Below are positions 1 through 9,060 of a stretch of 64,000 bases of DNA, one piece after another. A program made the position numbers and the translations under genes. The notes under the pieces are model-generated. The model ran no database searches. It was not told where the DNA came from and saw only the letters and a list, made by a program, of their open reading frames with translations. Numbering within the stretch: position 1 is the stretch's first letter; every line of letters begins with the position of its first letter. This stretch comes from Candidatus Falkowbacteria bacterium (GTDB taxonomy: Bacteria > Patescibacteriota > Patescibacteriia > Patescibacteriales > WJLG01). Location of the stretch: contig CAVVFV010000001.1 of assembly GCA_963747695.1 (NCBI GenBank), positions 36,466 through 100,465 on the forward strand, written 5' to 3'.

Positions 1-981
1 GCGGACGAATATCTGGAAATCCTTTCCGCGCCGGTTAAATATTCTTTTTTTCAGGAAGAGGAATTGGCGCTGCTGCATTTGGCCAAGATAAAAAATAAGC
101 ATGAATTTGCTGAAGCGCTGGAACAGCACTCAAAAGATTGGCACTGGATCTTGAATAGCTATGGCGGCAATCGCGTTTTGAGTCCGAAATATTTTAGCGA
201 TAAGCTTGAAGATTTATTGACGGGGAAGAAAGCAGAAAATGTTATTGCTACAATAAAAAATAAGATAGCGGCTAATAAGAAACGCAAGACTGATTTGATT
301 AAGAAGTTGAAATTGGATAAAAAGATAATTTTTATCGCCGATCAGTTGAGCCTGTCGATTTGGTGGCAGGATTTTCGCAAGGGCTATATCTGGCGGATGA
401 ATCATCTTTGGGATCTGGCTTTGCGGGCGGTAGAACGGCAAACCCCTTGGAAATTCAAAGAAATGCAATATTGTTTTTTTGACGAGCTGTCCGGCGTCCT
501 GAACGGCCGGGTCAAAAAGGAGAAGGTTCTGGCCAGACAGCGGCATTATGGTTTCTACTTTGACGAGGGCCGGATGTACGAATTCAGTGATAAGAAAAAT
601 TTTGATAAATTTTGGCAGCTTTACGGCGAAGAAAAAATTTTCGGAACAAAAGAGATAAAGGGCCTCTTGGTAAGCCGTGGCAAGGGCGGAATCGTCCGTG
701 GTCGTGCAAGAATTATTACTAACCCCTTCAAGGAACAAAATAAATTCAAACCAGGCGAAATTCTGGTTGTCGGAATGACTTCGCCGGAATATATCATCGT
801 GATGAAGAAAGCCTCGGCGATTATCACTGATTACGGCGGTATGACCTGCCATGCGGCGATTGTTTCCCGCGAACTCGGCGTGCCGTGCCTGGTTAACACT
901 CGCAATGCCACGAAAATTATTAGGACCGGGGATATCGTTGAAGTTGATGCGGACAAGGGGATTGCAAGAATCATTAAATAA
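1..981 (+). CDS. PEP-utilizing-enzyme mobile (phosphohistidine swivel) domain protein, paralog 1; 5' end runs off the window
   Basis: Frame 1 is open from nt 1, with no stop before the TTG at 64. The C-terminus GEILVVGMTSPEYIIVMKKASAIITDYGGMTCHAAIVSRELGVPCLV fits the PEP-utilizer phosphohistidine signature. No ATP-grasp or TIM-barrel part is visible. Confidence 0.75.
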   Translation, partial: ADEYLEILSAPVKYSFFQEEELALLHLAKIKNKHEFAEALEQHSKDWHWILNSYGGNRVLSPKYFSDKLEDLLTGKKAENVIATIKNKIAANKKRKTDLIKKLKLDKKIIFIADQLSLSIWWQDFRKGYIWRMNHLWDLALRAVERQTPWKFKEMQYCFFDELSGVLNGRVKKEKVLARQRHYGFYFDEGRMYEFSDKKNFDKFWQLYGEEKIFGTKEIKGLLVSRGKGGIVRGRARIITNPFKEQNKFKPGEILVVGMTSPEYIIVMKKASAIITDYGGMTCHAAIVSRELGVPCLVNTRNATKIIRTGDIVEVDADKGIARIIK

Positions 982-985
982 TTTT

Positions 986-2461
986 ATGACCCAAGAGCAA
1001 ATATTTAAAGTATTACGAGAAAAGGAATGGAATGTTCAGCGCGCCAGGGCCGGATTGTTTATTATCAGTTATTTATATCAGTCATATGCCCAAGCAGGAT
1101 ACGACCCGATGTTCTGCAGTTTTAACTTTGAGCACGGTGATCATGATTTTTGCCAAATTATCCAAAACGGCCAAATTGCTGTTAAAAACATCTCAATTTA
1201 TAATAATTATTTAAAAGGAGGAGGTACACTAGATAAATTAATGGCTGAACACGAGGCGCTTACGACCAAGCTGGAAAATATCTGGAAAAAATATCAACCG
1301 GAAAAAAATAAGGACAAAGAATATTTTTTTACTTTTTTTAAAGATTTTATGGAAGTGGCTCGCGAGTGGTGGAAATACGGCGCAATTGGAGAAGATAAGG
1401 GAGATATAGTTAACATTAAGGTTGTTCCGTATTTTCAGGAGAGATTGAAAACCGATCAAGCCAAGGCCAGGGAAGCGGTTTTTGCCTTGGCGTTGCCTGA
1501 AGAAAAATCGGCTTTTACCGTCGAGCATACGCAATTTTTAGAGATTTGTCTTAGTGTAATCGATAAAATAGGAAAGAAAAAAATAGACCAAAAAATCGAA
1601 GCTTACCTTAAGGATAATTTTTGGTTCAAGTCGGATTTTTATCGCTCAAAAGTCGTCACTAAAAAATCGCTTTTGATCGATGTGGCCAAGAAAATAAAAA
1701 AAGACGGCAAAGGGCGCATTAAAGACGAATTGAAAAAAATACGGAACAATTATCGAATAACAGAGATTGAGAAGAAAAAGATATTAAAAAAAATAAGTTT
1801 CAATAAGCGAGACAAAATTAACATTGAATTTGCTAAAAGGATCATCACTTGGTTCGATCGCCGGAAAACAGGGATGAGCAAACAGTTTTACTATTTAATG
1901 ACCATGTTAGAAGATATCTGCAAGTTGCGGAAGATCGATTATGATAAGCTGGCCAATTATTTTGATTTTGAAATGTGGGATTTTCTTGAAAACGGGAAGC
2001 GCGTTGGCAAGAAAAACTTTAAGCGCCGCGAAGAGGGTATATTATTGATGTTTAAAAAAAATCAGCGCGTTCAGGTGTTTTACGGAAAGATTGCCCAAAA
2101 GATGTTTGAATTAGGGGCAAGATCGGACAGTGAAGAGATCAGCGGAGTAGTCGCGAGTCTTGGCCAAGGGGAAAAGAAGCTTGTCGGCACAGTTAAGATC
2201 GCGTTGAATCCCGATAAAACTGATTTTAAGAAAGGAGAGATTTTGGTTACCAGTATGACTAGAGTGGAGTTTGTTCCCCTAATGCGTAAGGCCAAAGCGA
2301 TCATCACCGACGAAGGCGGCATGGCTTGCCACGCGGCGATCGTTTCCCGCGAGCTCGGCCTGCCCGCGATTATCGGCACCAAAAATGCCACACGGAAATT
2401 AAAAAATGGCGATAAAGTGGAGATGGATTTGAAAAGCGGAATAATTAAAATTGCGGGGTAA
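986..2461 (+). CDS. PEP-utilizing-enzyme swivel domain protein, paralog 2
   Basis: ATG at 986 (MTQEQIF) lies 5 nt after the upstream stop; the track's 851 start overlaps the upstream gene. C-terminus GEILVTSMTRVEFVPLMRKAKAIITDEGGMACHAAIVSRELGLPAIIGT. Confidence 0.75.
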   Translation: MTQEQIFKVLREKEWNVQRARAGLFIISYLYQSYAQAGYDPMFCSFNFEHGDHDFCQIIQNGQIAVKNISIYNNYLKGGGTLDKLMAEHEALTTKLENIWKKYQPEKNKDKEYFFTFFKDFMEVAREWWKYGAIGEDKGDIVNIKVVPYFQERLKTDQAKAREAVFALALPEEKSAFTVEHTQFLEICLSVIDKIGKKKIDQKIEAYLKDNFWFKSDFYRSKVVTKKSLLIDVAKKIKKDGKGRIKDELKKIRNNYRITEIEKKKILKKISFNKRDKINIEFAKRIITWFDRRKTGMSKQFYYLMTMLEDICKLRKIDYDKLANYFDFEMWDFLENGKRVGKKNFKRREEGILLMFKKNQRVQVFYGKIAQKMFELGARSDSEEISGVVASLGQGEKKLVGTVKIALNPDKTDFKKGEILVTSMTRVEFVPLMRKAKAIITDEGGMACHAAIVSRELGLPAIIGTKNATRKLKNGDKVEMDLKSGIIKIAG

Positions 2462-2509
2462 TTTCGCAAAATTAAATGCGGGTTACCATTATTAATATAT
2501 ATTCAAATT

Positions 2510-2680
2510 ATGAAGAAAAATCTTAAAAAAATATTAGAATCGACGAAAATTCTGCCTCAGTATATGAAAGATATTTATTTGAATAAAATTTCAGAAAAAA
2601 AATTTTCTAAATCTTGGGAAAAAAGACTCATCCGGATTATTGAAGATTTTAACGTAAAATTGAAACAAAATCACAATTAA
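2510..2680 (+). CDS. small Lys-rich ORF, 56 aa (MKKNLKKILESTKILPQYMKDIYLNKISEKKFSKSWEKRLIRIIEDFNVKLKQNHN), below the ORF-track cutoff
   Basis: ATG at 2510 and TAA at 2678-2680, read by hand. It fills the gap between paralog 2 and the GCS2-like gene on the same strand. No homology recognised. Confidence 0.3.
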   Translation: MKKNLKKILESTKILPQYMKDIYLNKISEKKFSKSWEKRLIRIIEDFNVKLKQNHN

Positions 2681-2692
2681 TTTTATAACCTT

Positions 2693-4120
2693 ATGAAAAA
2701 TTTAAATATTTCAGACCTTAAAAGATTTAAGAGAAGAACGGTTGGTTTAGAGTTGGAAAATCCGCTGTTACGATCCAACGGCGAACCAATTGATTTTAAA
2801 ACAATCCAGAAAGTTTGGAAATCTTTTGTTAAAGAGGGGTGGTTACCTCGCATTGACCCGGCGATAAACAATGTTATTGATGGTTTAACCAAAAATTTTA
2901 ATGGGGTAGGCGCCAGTATAATATCAGACGGCGGGGCGGGAAATTTTGAATTGGCGATTACGCCTCAAGATAATCTTAATGTAACGAAGAGAATATATAA
3001 AAAAATACGCGCAGAAATAATTTCCATTATCAAAAAGCATGATTTGATTCTCGCCGGATTTGCAATTCAGCCTGGGCACATTAAAAATATGGATAATTTT
3101 CGTCGCAGAAATGCAATGTATTTGGCTTGGAACGAGCTCGGTTCTTCCGATATTTATGCTGGTGAAACGTCCGCAGCTATCAGTGCCGAGCAGGTGGGAA
3201 TAGGCATAAAACTGAAAGAATTCGTGGAAACTACCAATGAAGTGATGAAAATTACCGGATTGATTGTCGCCTTGACGGGAAATTCGCCAATTCATAACTG
3301 GAAGATATTGCCATACAAGGAATGGAGAATAATTTGTATGGGCCAGTTGAGGTTCGTTGGAAATGATGAGGGTTTTGAAAAATTAATCGGATTTCCCGAC
3401 CGGCCATTTTCTTCTGTCGCTGATTTTTTTGGTTACTACTGGGATTCTCCGTATATGGCATTGCCCTTATTGAGGAATGAAGAATGGATTATTCCCGATA
3501 AGAAAGTGAATTTTCTCCGGTTTTTTAGGGCAAAATATATCCCGGGGCATAACTTAAAGGGCGAAAAAATCAAGATAGTCCCGGATAAAAGCGATATTGA
3601 ATGGGCCTTTATACAAATGTGGCCCCATGCGAAACCGCATTTAGGATTGAATTTGAAAAAAATCAAACTCAGCGATTTTGTAAAAAATTTTGATAATGAT
3701 ACATTGGAGGATTATTTAGATGGGAAATTATCAAATTGCTACATTGAATGCCGGGCTGCGGGGGCGGCTCCGGTTGGAGAAGAATTGGCATTGCCGGCAT
3801 TAATGATGGGGGTCATTAACAACATTAAAGAACTTAAAAAAATTACGAAGAAATATGGTTGGAATGAATGGAAGAATCTTGTTTTTTCAGCGGCAGTTGC
3901 GGGCTTGGACGCCAAGATTAAAGGAAAGAGCATAAAGCCACTACTCAATGATTTATATAGCTGCGCCATGGCCGGATTAAAAAAGAGAAATCTCGGAGAA
4001 GAAAAATATCTGAAAGATATTTTAAAAAGGATTAAATCCGGGGAAAATCCCGCCGATACAGCTTTGGGTAAGTTTAAAGCCGGCAAGAGTAACTTTTTAA
4101 AATATATAGCCTATAAATAA
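2693..4120 (+). CDS. glutamate-cysteine ligase family 2 (GCS2)-like ATP-dependent carboxylate-amine ligase
   Basis: N-terminal GLELENPLL and SIISDGGAGNFELAITPQ resemble the GxExE and LEPGGQxELSxxP motifs of GCS2/plant-type GshA enzymes. Confidence 0.6.
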   Translation: MKNLNISDLKRFKRRTVGLELENPLLRSNGEPIDFKTIQKVWKSFVKEGWLPRIDPAINNVIDGLTKNFNGVGASIISDGGAGNFELAITPQDNLNVTKRIYKKIRAEIISIIKKHDLILAGFAIQPGHIKNMDNFRRRNAMYLAWNELGSSDIYAGETSAAISAEQVGIGIKLKEFVETTNEVMKITGLIVALTGNSPIHNWKILPYKEWRIICMGQLRFVGNDEGFEKLIGFPDRPFSSVADFFGYYWDSPYMALPLLRNEEWIIPDKKVNFLRFFRAKYIPGHNLKGEKIKIVPDKSDIEWAFIQMWPHAKPHLGLNLKKIKLSDFVKNFDNDTLEDYLDGKLSNCYIECRAAGAAPVGEELALPALMMGVINNIKELKKITKKYGWNEWKNLVFSAAVAGLDAKIKGKSIKPLLNDLYSCAMAGLKKRNLGEEKYLKDILKRIKSGENPADTALGKFKAGKSNFLKYIAYK

Positions 4121-4184
4121 TTTATTTGTTGAAAAATATCAAAAGTAAATAAAAAAGTATTCTAAATATTAAAAAAATAAATCT

Positions 4185-5237
4185 ATGGCCAGGATAGAAA
4201 ACATCGATATTGCTCAAAATGAGGCAAATATTGTCAGAAAAAGAGCTGAGACGAAAAAAGAGGGCGAGCCGGACAGGGAAGATTATGAAAATGCTGAAAA
4301 ATCTCTAACTCAAGAGATCGCCGATTTTATAAAAGACGGTTCCCGGGAATTTGACGAAATCAGCCAGGACATCGACAAAAAATATGAAAAGAGAATGGAA
4401 AAAAATGCCAGCCGGGAAAGATTGCCTAAGCGCCTTCTGATTTTGGAATGCTCAGGACTTAATTATCTATTAGGCAAACTCGTTGTTTTGTCGGATGAGA
4501 AATTAGATTCAACGAATACCGATATGCTCGATGTTACCTCAAAAACGGAGGAGTTGCCGATTGACTTCAGCGAAATATCGGGTGTCATCATAACCGGATC
4601 ACCGGCTGATATTGTCGAAAAAGAAGCTAAGCCGTGGATTGAAAAAATGGAAAAATTTGTCGGGGAGGCGCTTGATAAAGATATTCCCGTACTGGGAATC
4701 TGTTTTGGAATTCAGGCATACGCCGATCTTAAAGGGCGAGAAGTGCCTAAAAATGAAGGCGGACGGGAGATGGGCGTTTGGGAAACAGATATGTTTTTAA
4801 CCGAGGAAGAGGCGGAAAATCCGATCTTTAAAGGAATGAATTTTAAGGAAGAAAAAAATGGCGACAAGATTTTAAAAAGAGTTTCGCTACAGACTTTGGG
4901 ATCGCACGCTTATCATGCCGAATTCGATCCAAAAGCCCAAGCGGAAAGCATGCACGGATTTCGTTCTACTGAAGAAGGCTATTATTATCCGATGGTGGAA
5001 ATCGACGGCCGATTTACCGGGCTTCAATTCCATCCCGAATTCAGTTCCCCGGAAGGAATAGCTATTCTTGAAACATTGGTAAAAAAACGCGCGGATAAAT
5101 TAGTTATCGACGGCAAAGACCCAAGTGAAATATTAGAGGGATTGGAAAAATATAAAGCATCGTTGAGTGATGATAAAAATCCTGATAACGTTAAATTTTT
5201 AAAAAATTTCATCGACATTGCGATTGGTGAGCAATAA
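4185..5237 (+). CDS. class-I glutamine amidotransferase-like protein with acidic N-terminal extension of about 100 aa
   Basis: GVIITGSPADI...IPVLGICFGIQ (nucleophile Cys elbow) ...LQFHPEF (His-Glu) are typical GATase1 / peptidase C26 motifs. Confidence 0.7.
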   Translation: MARIENIDIAQNEANIVRKRAETKKEGEPDREDYENAEKSLTQEIADFIKDGSREFDEISQDIDKKYEKRMEKNASRERLPKRLLILECSGLNYLLGKLVVLSDEKLDSTNTDMLDVTSKTEELPIDFSEISGVIITGSPADIVEKEAKPWIEKMEKFVGEALDKDIPVLGICFGIQAYADLKGREVPKNEGGREMGVWETDMFLTEEEAENPIFKGMNFKEEKNGDKILKRVSLQTLGSHAYHAEFDPKAQAESMHGFRSTEEGYYYPMVEIDGRFTGLQFHPEFSSPEGIAILETLVKKRADKLVIDGKDPSEILEGLEKYKASLSDDKNPDNVKFLKNFIDIAIGEQ

Positions 5238-5290
5238 TCAGTGAAGAAATTAAAAAAGTTACATAATAATATTTTATTTGCTAAATAAGT

Positions 5291-6628
5291 ATGACAAATG
5301 AAAATTGGCCAAAATTTCCAGAAAAGCAAAAGCAACAAATATTCCCTAACGTGGCAGAAAAATTTACCAATGGTTATCCTACGGGATACCGTCCTTGGTT
5401 GTCGGGCTGGTCATTTCAACCCGATGAATTAAAAGAGAAGCTCCCGGACGGGACATACAAGCTGCTAACCTTGGATGTTTCCATCTCCAATGAAAAATGG
5501 GCTGAATCAATGAATGCGATAGAAGATACGGGGGAGCGGTCAAAAGAGATTAAACAATCATATCCTTGCCCGAATGGGTGCGCGCATTGTTATGAGCGCG
5601 GCGCGGATACGGACAACCATATATTAAGCTGGGAAGAAAATAAAAAAATAGTCGATCAGGCCTGTGAGTTAGGGCTAAAAACCGTTAAATTCCTCGGCCC
5701 CGGAGAAATAATAAACAATCCAGATTTATTCAAATATTTGGATTATTTTGAAGAAAAAGGATTAGCTTTTGGCATTTTCACTAAGCCAGCGATTTTGCTT
5801 GACGAGAATGAATCGCAAAAAGTTTTTGGGATTTCCTCGGAAGAATTATGCAAAAAAATCGCCAGCTACAAGTGCGTACGCTTGCTGATGAATTTCACCT
5901 CCGCGGATCCGGAAACTGAGGTAAAAATGGTTGCCCCGAAAAATCCGGATTTTGCTAAGACGTTCGCTGAGAATAGGAATAGGGCGATTGAACTTTTCAG
6001 CAAATTAGGTATGAACGATGATCCTGATAATCAAAGGCTAGCCTTGGTATGCGCCCCGGTTTTGAAAAGTAATATCGATGAAGTGCTTGAAATCTTCAAA
6101 TGGGGAACAAAACGGAATATCCCGGTCGTCGTGGCGCCGACGATGGTCAGCGGCGGATGCTCTGAAAGCCAAGAAGAAGTCAAAGATGCTAAATTCAAAG
6201 ATGAACATTTAGTCGATCTTTGGGCGGATATTTATTCCTGGCTGATCAAGGAAGGATTGATGACTTCGGAGCAATTGAAAAAAGAAGGAGTGGCTCCTTA
6301 CGCCGGGTTTGCTTGTGATCAATTCATCAGCGGAATGTTTATCCGTAAAGACGGACGCGTCCAGGCTTGCCCGGGCAACGAAACAAAAGGTTTTCGGTAT
6401 TCAAAAAATATCATCGGCGATAATCTTGAAGAAATTTGGAAAAACAGTATGGGCTATAAAATGAGAAAAGCAATGGTTGAGACTGGGGAAATCAAACAGC
6501 TTGGCTGTCCCGCCAAACAGCCCGGTCTGGCGATTAAAGACGGCGAGCCATTGATAAAGGAAGGATGCGGCTCTTTCCCTGAAGATTTTGGCAATAAAGT
6601 TTTGGCAAAAGTGCAAGAAAAATTATAA
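5291..6628 (+). CDS. radical SAM enzyme with Cys-rich C-terminal (SPASM/twitch-like) region
   Basis: CPNGCAHCY is the CxxxCxxC radical-SAM cluster motif. The C-terminus carries extra cysteines (FACDQF, ACPGN, LGCPAK, EGCGSF). Confidence 0.75.
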   Translation: MTNENWPKFPEKQKQQIFPNVAEKFTNGYPTGYRPWLSGWSFQPDELKEKLPDGTYKLLTLDVSISNEKWAESMNAIEDTGERSKEIKQSYPCPNGCAHCYERGADTDNHILSWEENKKIVDQACELGLKTVKFLGPGEIINNPDLFKYLDYFEEKGLAFGIFTKPAILLDENESQKVFGISSEELCKKIASYKCVRLLMNFTSADPETEVKMVAPKNPDFAKTFAENRNRAIELFSKLGMNDDPDNQRLALVCAPVLKSNIDEVLEIFKWGTKRNIPVVVAPTMVSGGCSESQEEVKDAKFKDEHLVDLWADIYSWLIKEGLMTSEQLKKEGVAPYAGFACDQFISGMFIRKDGRVQACPGNETKGFRYSKNIIGDNLEEIWKNSMGYKMRKAMVETGEIKQLGCPAKQPGLAIKDGEPLIKEGCGSFPEDFGNKVLAKVQEKL

Positions 6629-6645
6629 AATAAATTTTTCGGAAA

Positions 6646-8103
6646 ATGAAAAAACCGGGCGTGAAAGATTTGGCCAAAATTGAATGGCATTATGTCCATC
6701 GGCGCATCCGCAGCCCGTTTTTTGTTTATTTACTTTTTGTCGGGGCGGCTTATCATTTTTTTAAAAAGATAAAAATAGCTTATGAGATGTGGAATTTTTT
6801 GTATCTTGACCGCGAAATATTTCTTTCGGAAAAGAATTGGGGAAGGTTGGAACTTGAAGCGATCAGAGAAACTAAGCGATCCGCATCTTTTTTTATTAAA
6901 TTTGCTAATACCTTCTACCGGCTTGACGAGCAGATATCCAAATTATCTAAAAAGATTAATTTTGCCGTCGGGAAATTAAGCGATCAGCAGCTAAGCGGGA
7001 AATTAAAACAATATTCAGACTTATCTTTAATGGCTTCGGCCTCGATGATTGTACCGATGGTGCTGGAAAAATATTTGGAAGAAATTGTTGTCGCCGCAAT
7101 CAAGCGGAAATTTCCTGCCGAAAACGGCGACTTGATTCAAGCGGTTTCTTTGCCCGTTAAACCGACTTCGGCGCAGCAAGCCGAATTAAGTTTATTAGAA
7201 ATAGCTTTGAGAAAAAAGAAAGGCTCGAATGTTGAAAAGCAGATTGCCGAGCACATTAAAAAGCACGGCTGGCTGAAGAATGTTGATTTTACCGGAAATT
7301 TTTATACGGTAGCGGAAATTGAAAAAGAAATTTCTAAGTTGATGAAAAATAATCCCGTGCAAAAGGTGAAGAAGTATTTTGTCGCGCAGCAAGCCCATCT
7401 TAGAAATATCAAAAAAGTCAGATCGGTATTTAAAAACGATCGTAAAATTTTAAAGTTAATCGACAGTTTGCGGGAAGCAATATTTTTTCGCAGCTGGCGG
7501 ACAGAAAGATTTTATCGCAACGCCCAATATTTAGAAGAATTTTTCGCCGAATTGGCCAAACGGGTTGGTTGCAAAAAGCAGGATATTTTTTTCTTAACTT
7601 CGCCGGAGATAATCGATCTTTTGCGTCGGCATAAAACTGCCGATAAAAAATTATTAGTGGAAAGAAAAAAAGGATATCTTCTGTTTACGAATGGCAACGA
7701 TTGTTTTCTCTATTCTGGAAAGTTTTTGTCTCAAGCCAAGAGAGGAATAAAATTAATTAAACATAAAAATGAAGAAGAAGGCATAATTAAAGGCCAGGCG
7801 GCTTATCCCGGAATAATTTTGGGCAAAGCACGCGTTATTAAAGATAAAAAAGATTTTCATTTGGTTAAGCAGGGTGAAATATTGGTCACGCCATCGACTA
7901 CGCCGGATTATGTGCCAATTTTAAAAAAAGTTAAAGCGATCGTGACTGATGAAGGCGGTGTGTTGTCGCATGCTTCGGTTATTTCACGCGAGCTTAAGAT
8001 CCCATGCGTGATCGGAACGAAAAATGCGACCAAGATAATCAAGACCGGAGATCTTGTAGAAGTAAATGCTAGTTTAGGAATTATTAAAATTTTAAAAAAA
8101 TAA
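6646..8103 (+). CDS. PEP-utilizing-enzyme swivel domain protein, paralog 3 (N-terminal hydrophobic segment)
   Basis: C-terminus GEILVTPSTTPDYVPILKKVKAIVTDEGGVLSHASVISRELKIPCVIGT. The central region is alignable by eye with paralogs 1, 2 and 4. Confidence 0.75.
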   Translation: MKKPGVKDLAKIEWHYVHRRIRSPFFVYLLFVGAAYHFFKKIKIAYEMWNFLYLDREIFLSEKNWGRLELEAIRETKRSASFFIKFANTFYRLDEQISKLSKKINFAVGKLSDQQLSGKLKQYSDLSLMASASMIVPMVLEKYLEEIVVAAIKRKFPAENGDLIQAVSLPVKPTSAQQAELSLLEIALRKKKGSNVEKQIAEHIKKHGWLKNVDFTGNFYTVAEIEKEISKLMKNNPVQKVKKYFVAQQAHLRNIKKVRSVFKNDRKILKLIDSLREAIFFRSWRTERFYRNAQYLEEFFAELAKRVGCKKQDIFFLTSPEIIDLLRRHKTADKKLLVERKKGYLLFTNGNDCFLYSGKFLSQAKRGIKLIKHKNEEEGIIKGQAAYPGIILGKARVIKDKKDFHLVKQGEILVTPSTTPDYVPILKKVKAIVTDEGGVLSHASVISRELKIPCVIGTKNATKIIKTGDLVEVNASLGIIKILKK

Positions 8104-8106
8104 AAT

Positions 8107-9057
8107 ATGGCCAAATCAAAATTCGCCAAGAATTTCAAGGAACTTAATAAAAAGAATGTCGATATCGCCGGAGGCAAAGGGGCGTCTTTGGGCGAAATGA
8201 CGGGCGCGAAAATTCCCGTGCCGCCGGGTTTTGTCGTTTTGGCGCCGGCCTTTGATTGTTTTCTCGAGGAAACCGATTTATTCCAGGATATTACTGCCAA
8301 GCTTAAGAAAGTAAAATATAATGATGTGAATTCAGTTTCTAAAACTTCGGCGGAAATTCACGATTTGATTATGGACGCGACGATGCCCGCCGACATTGAG
8401 AAGGAAATTGAAGCTGATTTTAAAAAGTTGAATGCTAAATTCGTGGCTGTGCGGTCTTCGGCTACGGCCGAGGATTCTTCGGTCGCATCTTGGGCCGGGG
8501 AATTGGAATCATATTTGAATACGACCGAAAAGACATTACTCGAGAATGTGAAAAGATGCTGGGCATCGCTCTTTACGCCGCGGGCGATTTTCTATCGCCA
8601 GGAAAAAGGCATGGTTGATTCTCGTGTTTCCGTCGCTGTGGTTATCCAGAAAATGGTCGATTCGGAAATTTCCGGCATCGCCTTTACTGTTCATCCGGTG
8701 ACGCAAGACCGGAATCAAATGATCATCGAGGCCGGCTTCGGCCTGGGCGAAGCGATCGTCTCCGGTTCGATCACGCCGGATAGTTATGTCTTAAGCAAGA
8801 AAGATTTATCCTTGATGGACGTAAATATCGCCCAGCAGGAAAGAAAATTAGTCAAAGATTTAAAGAAACGCATTAAATGGGTAAAAGTTTTAAAAACGGC
8901 TCAGGAAAAACAAAAATTATCTAACAAAGAAATTATTGAGCTGGCCAAAATCTGTCTGGGCATCGAGAAGCATTATAAATTTCCTTGCGATATAGAATGG
9001 GCCTTTGAGAAAAATAAATTCTATATCGTCCAGTCAAGACCGATAACAACTTTGTAA
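8107..9057 (+). CDS. stand-alone PpsA/PPDK N-terminal ATP-grasp (nucleotide-binding) domain protein
   Basis: GGKGASLGEM...PVPPGFVV...VAVRSSATAEDSSVASWAGELESYLN...CWASLFTPRAIFYR...IAFTVHPVT...CDIEWAFEKNKFYIVQSRPIT matches the PPDK_N domain throughout. The ORF ends before any swivel domain. Confidence 0.85.
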   Translation: MAKSKFAKNFKELNKKNVDIAGGKGASLGEMTGAKIPVPPGFVVLAPAFDCFLEETDLFQDITAKLKKVKYNDVNSVSKTSAEIHDLIMDATMPADIEKEIEADFKKLNAKFVAVRSSATAEDSSVASWAGELESYLNTTEKTLLENVKRCWASLFTPRAIFYRQEKGMVDSRVSVAVVIQKMVDSEISGIAFTVHPVTQDRNQMIIEAGFGLGEAIVSGSITPDSYVLSKKDLSLMDVNIAQQERKLVKDLKKRIKWVKVLKTAQEKQKLSNKEIIELAKICLGIEKHYKFPCDIEWAFEKNKFYIVQSRPITTL

Positions 9058-9060
9058 TAT

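Noticed and set aside
851-985. N-terminal extensions in the ORF track: 851-985, 11587-11694, 22586-22642, 27007-27069, 36874-36972, 42457-42471, 42988-43041, 47570-47608, 51559-51573, 52032-52058, 54700-54795 and 61565-61651.
   Set aside because: These extensions overlap the upstream gene or translate intergenic repeat/hairpin DNA into implausible peptides. Internal ATGs give N-termini that match the conserved starts of the protein families.
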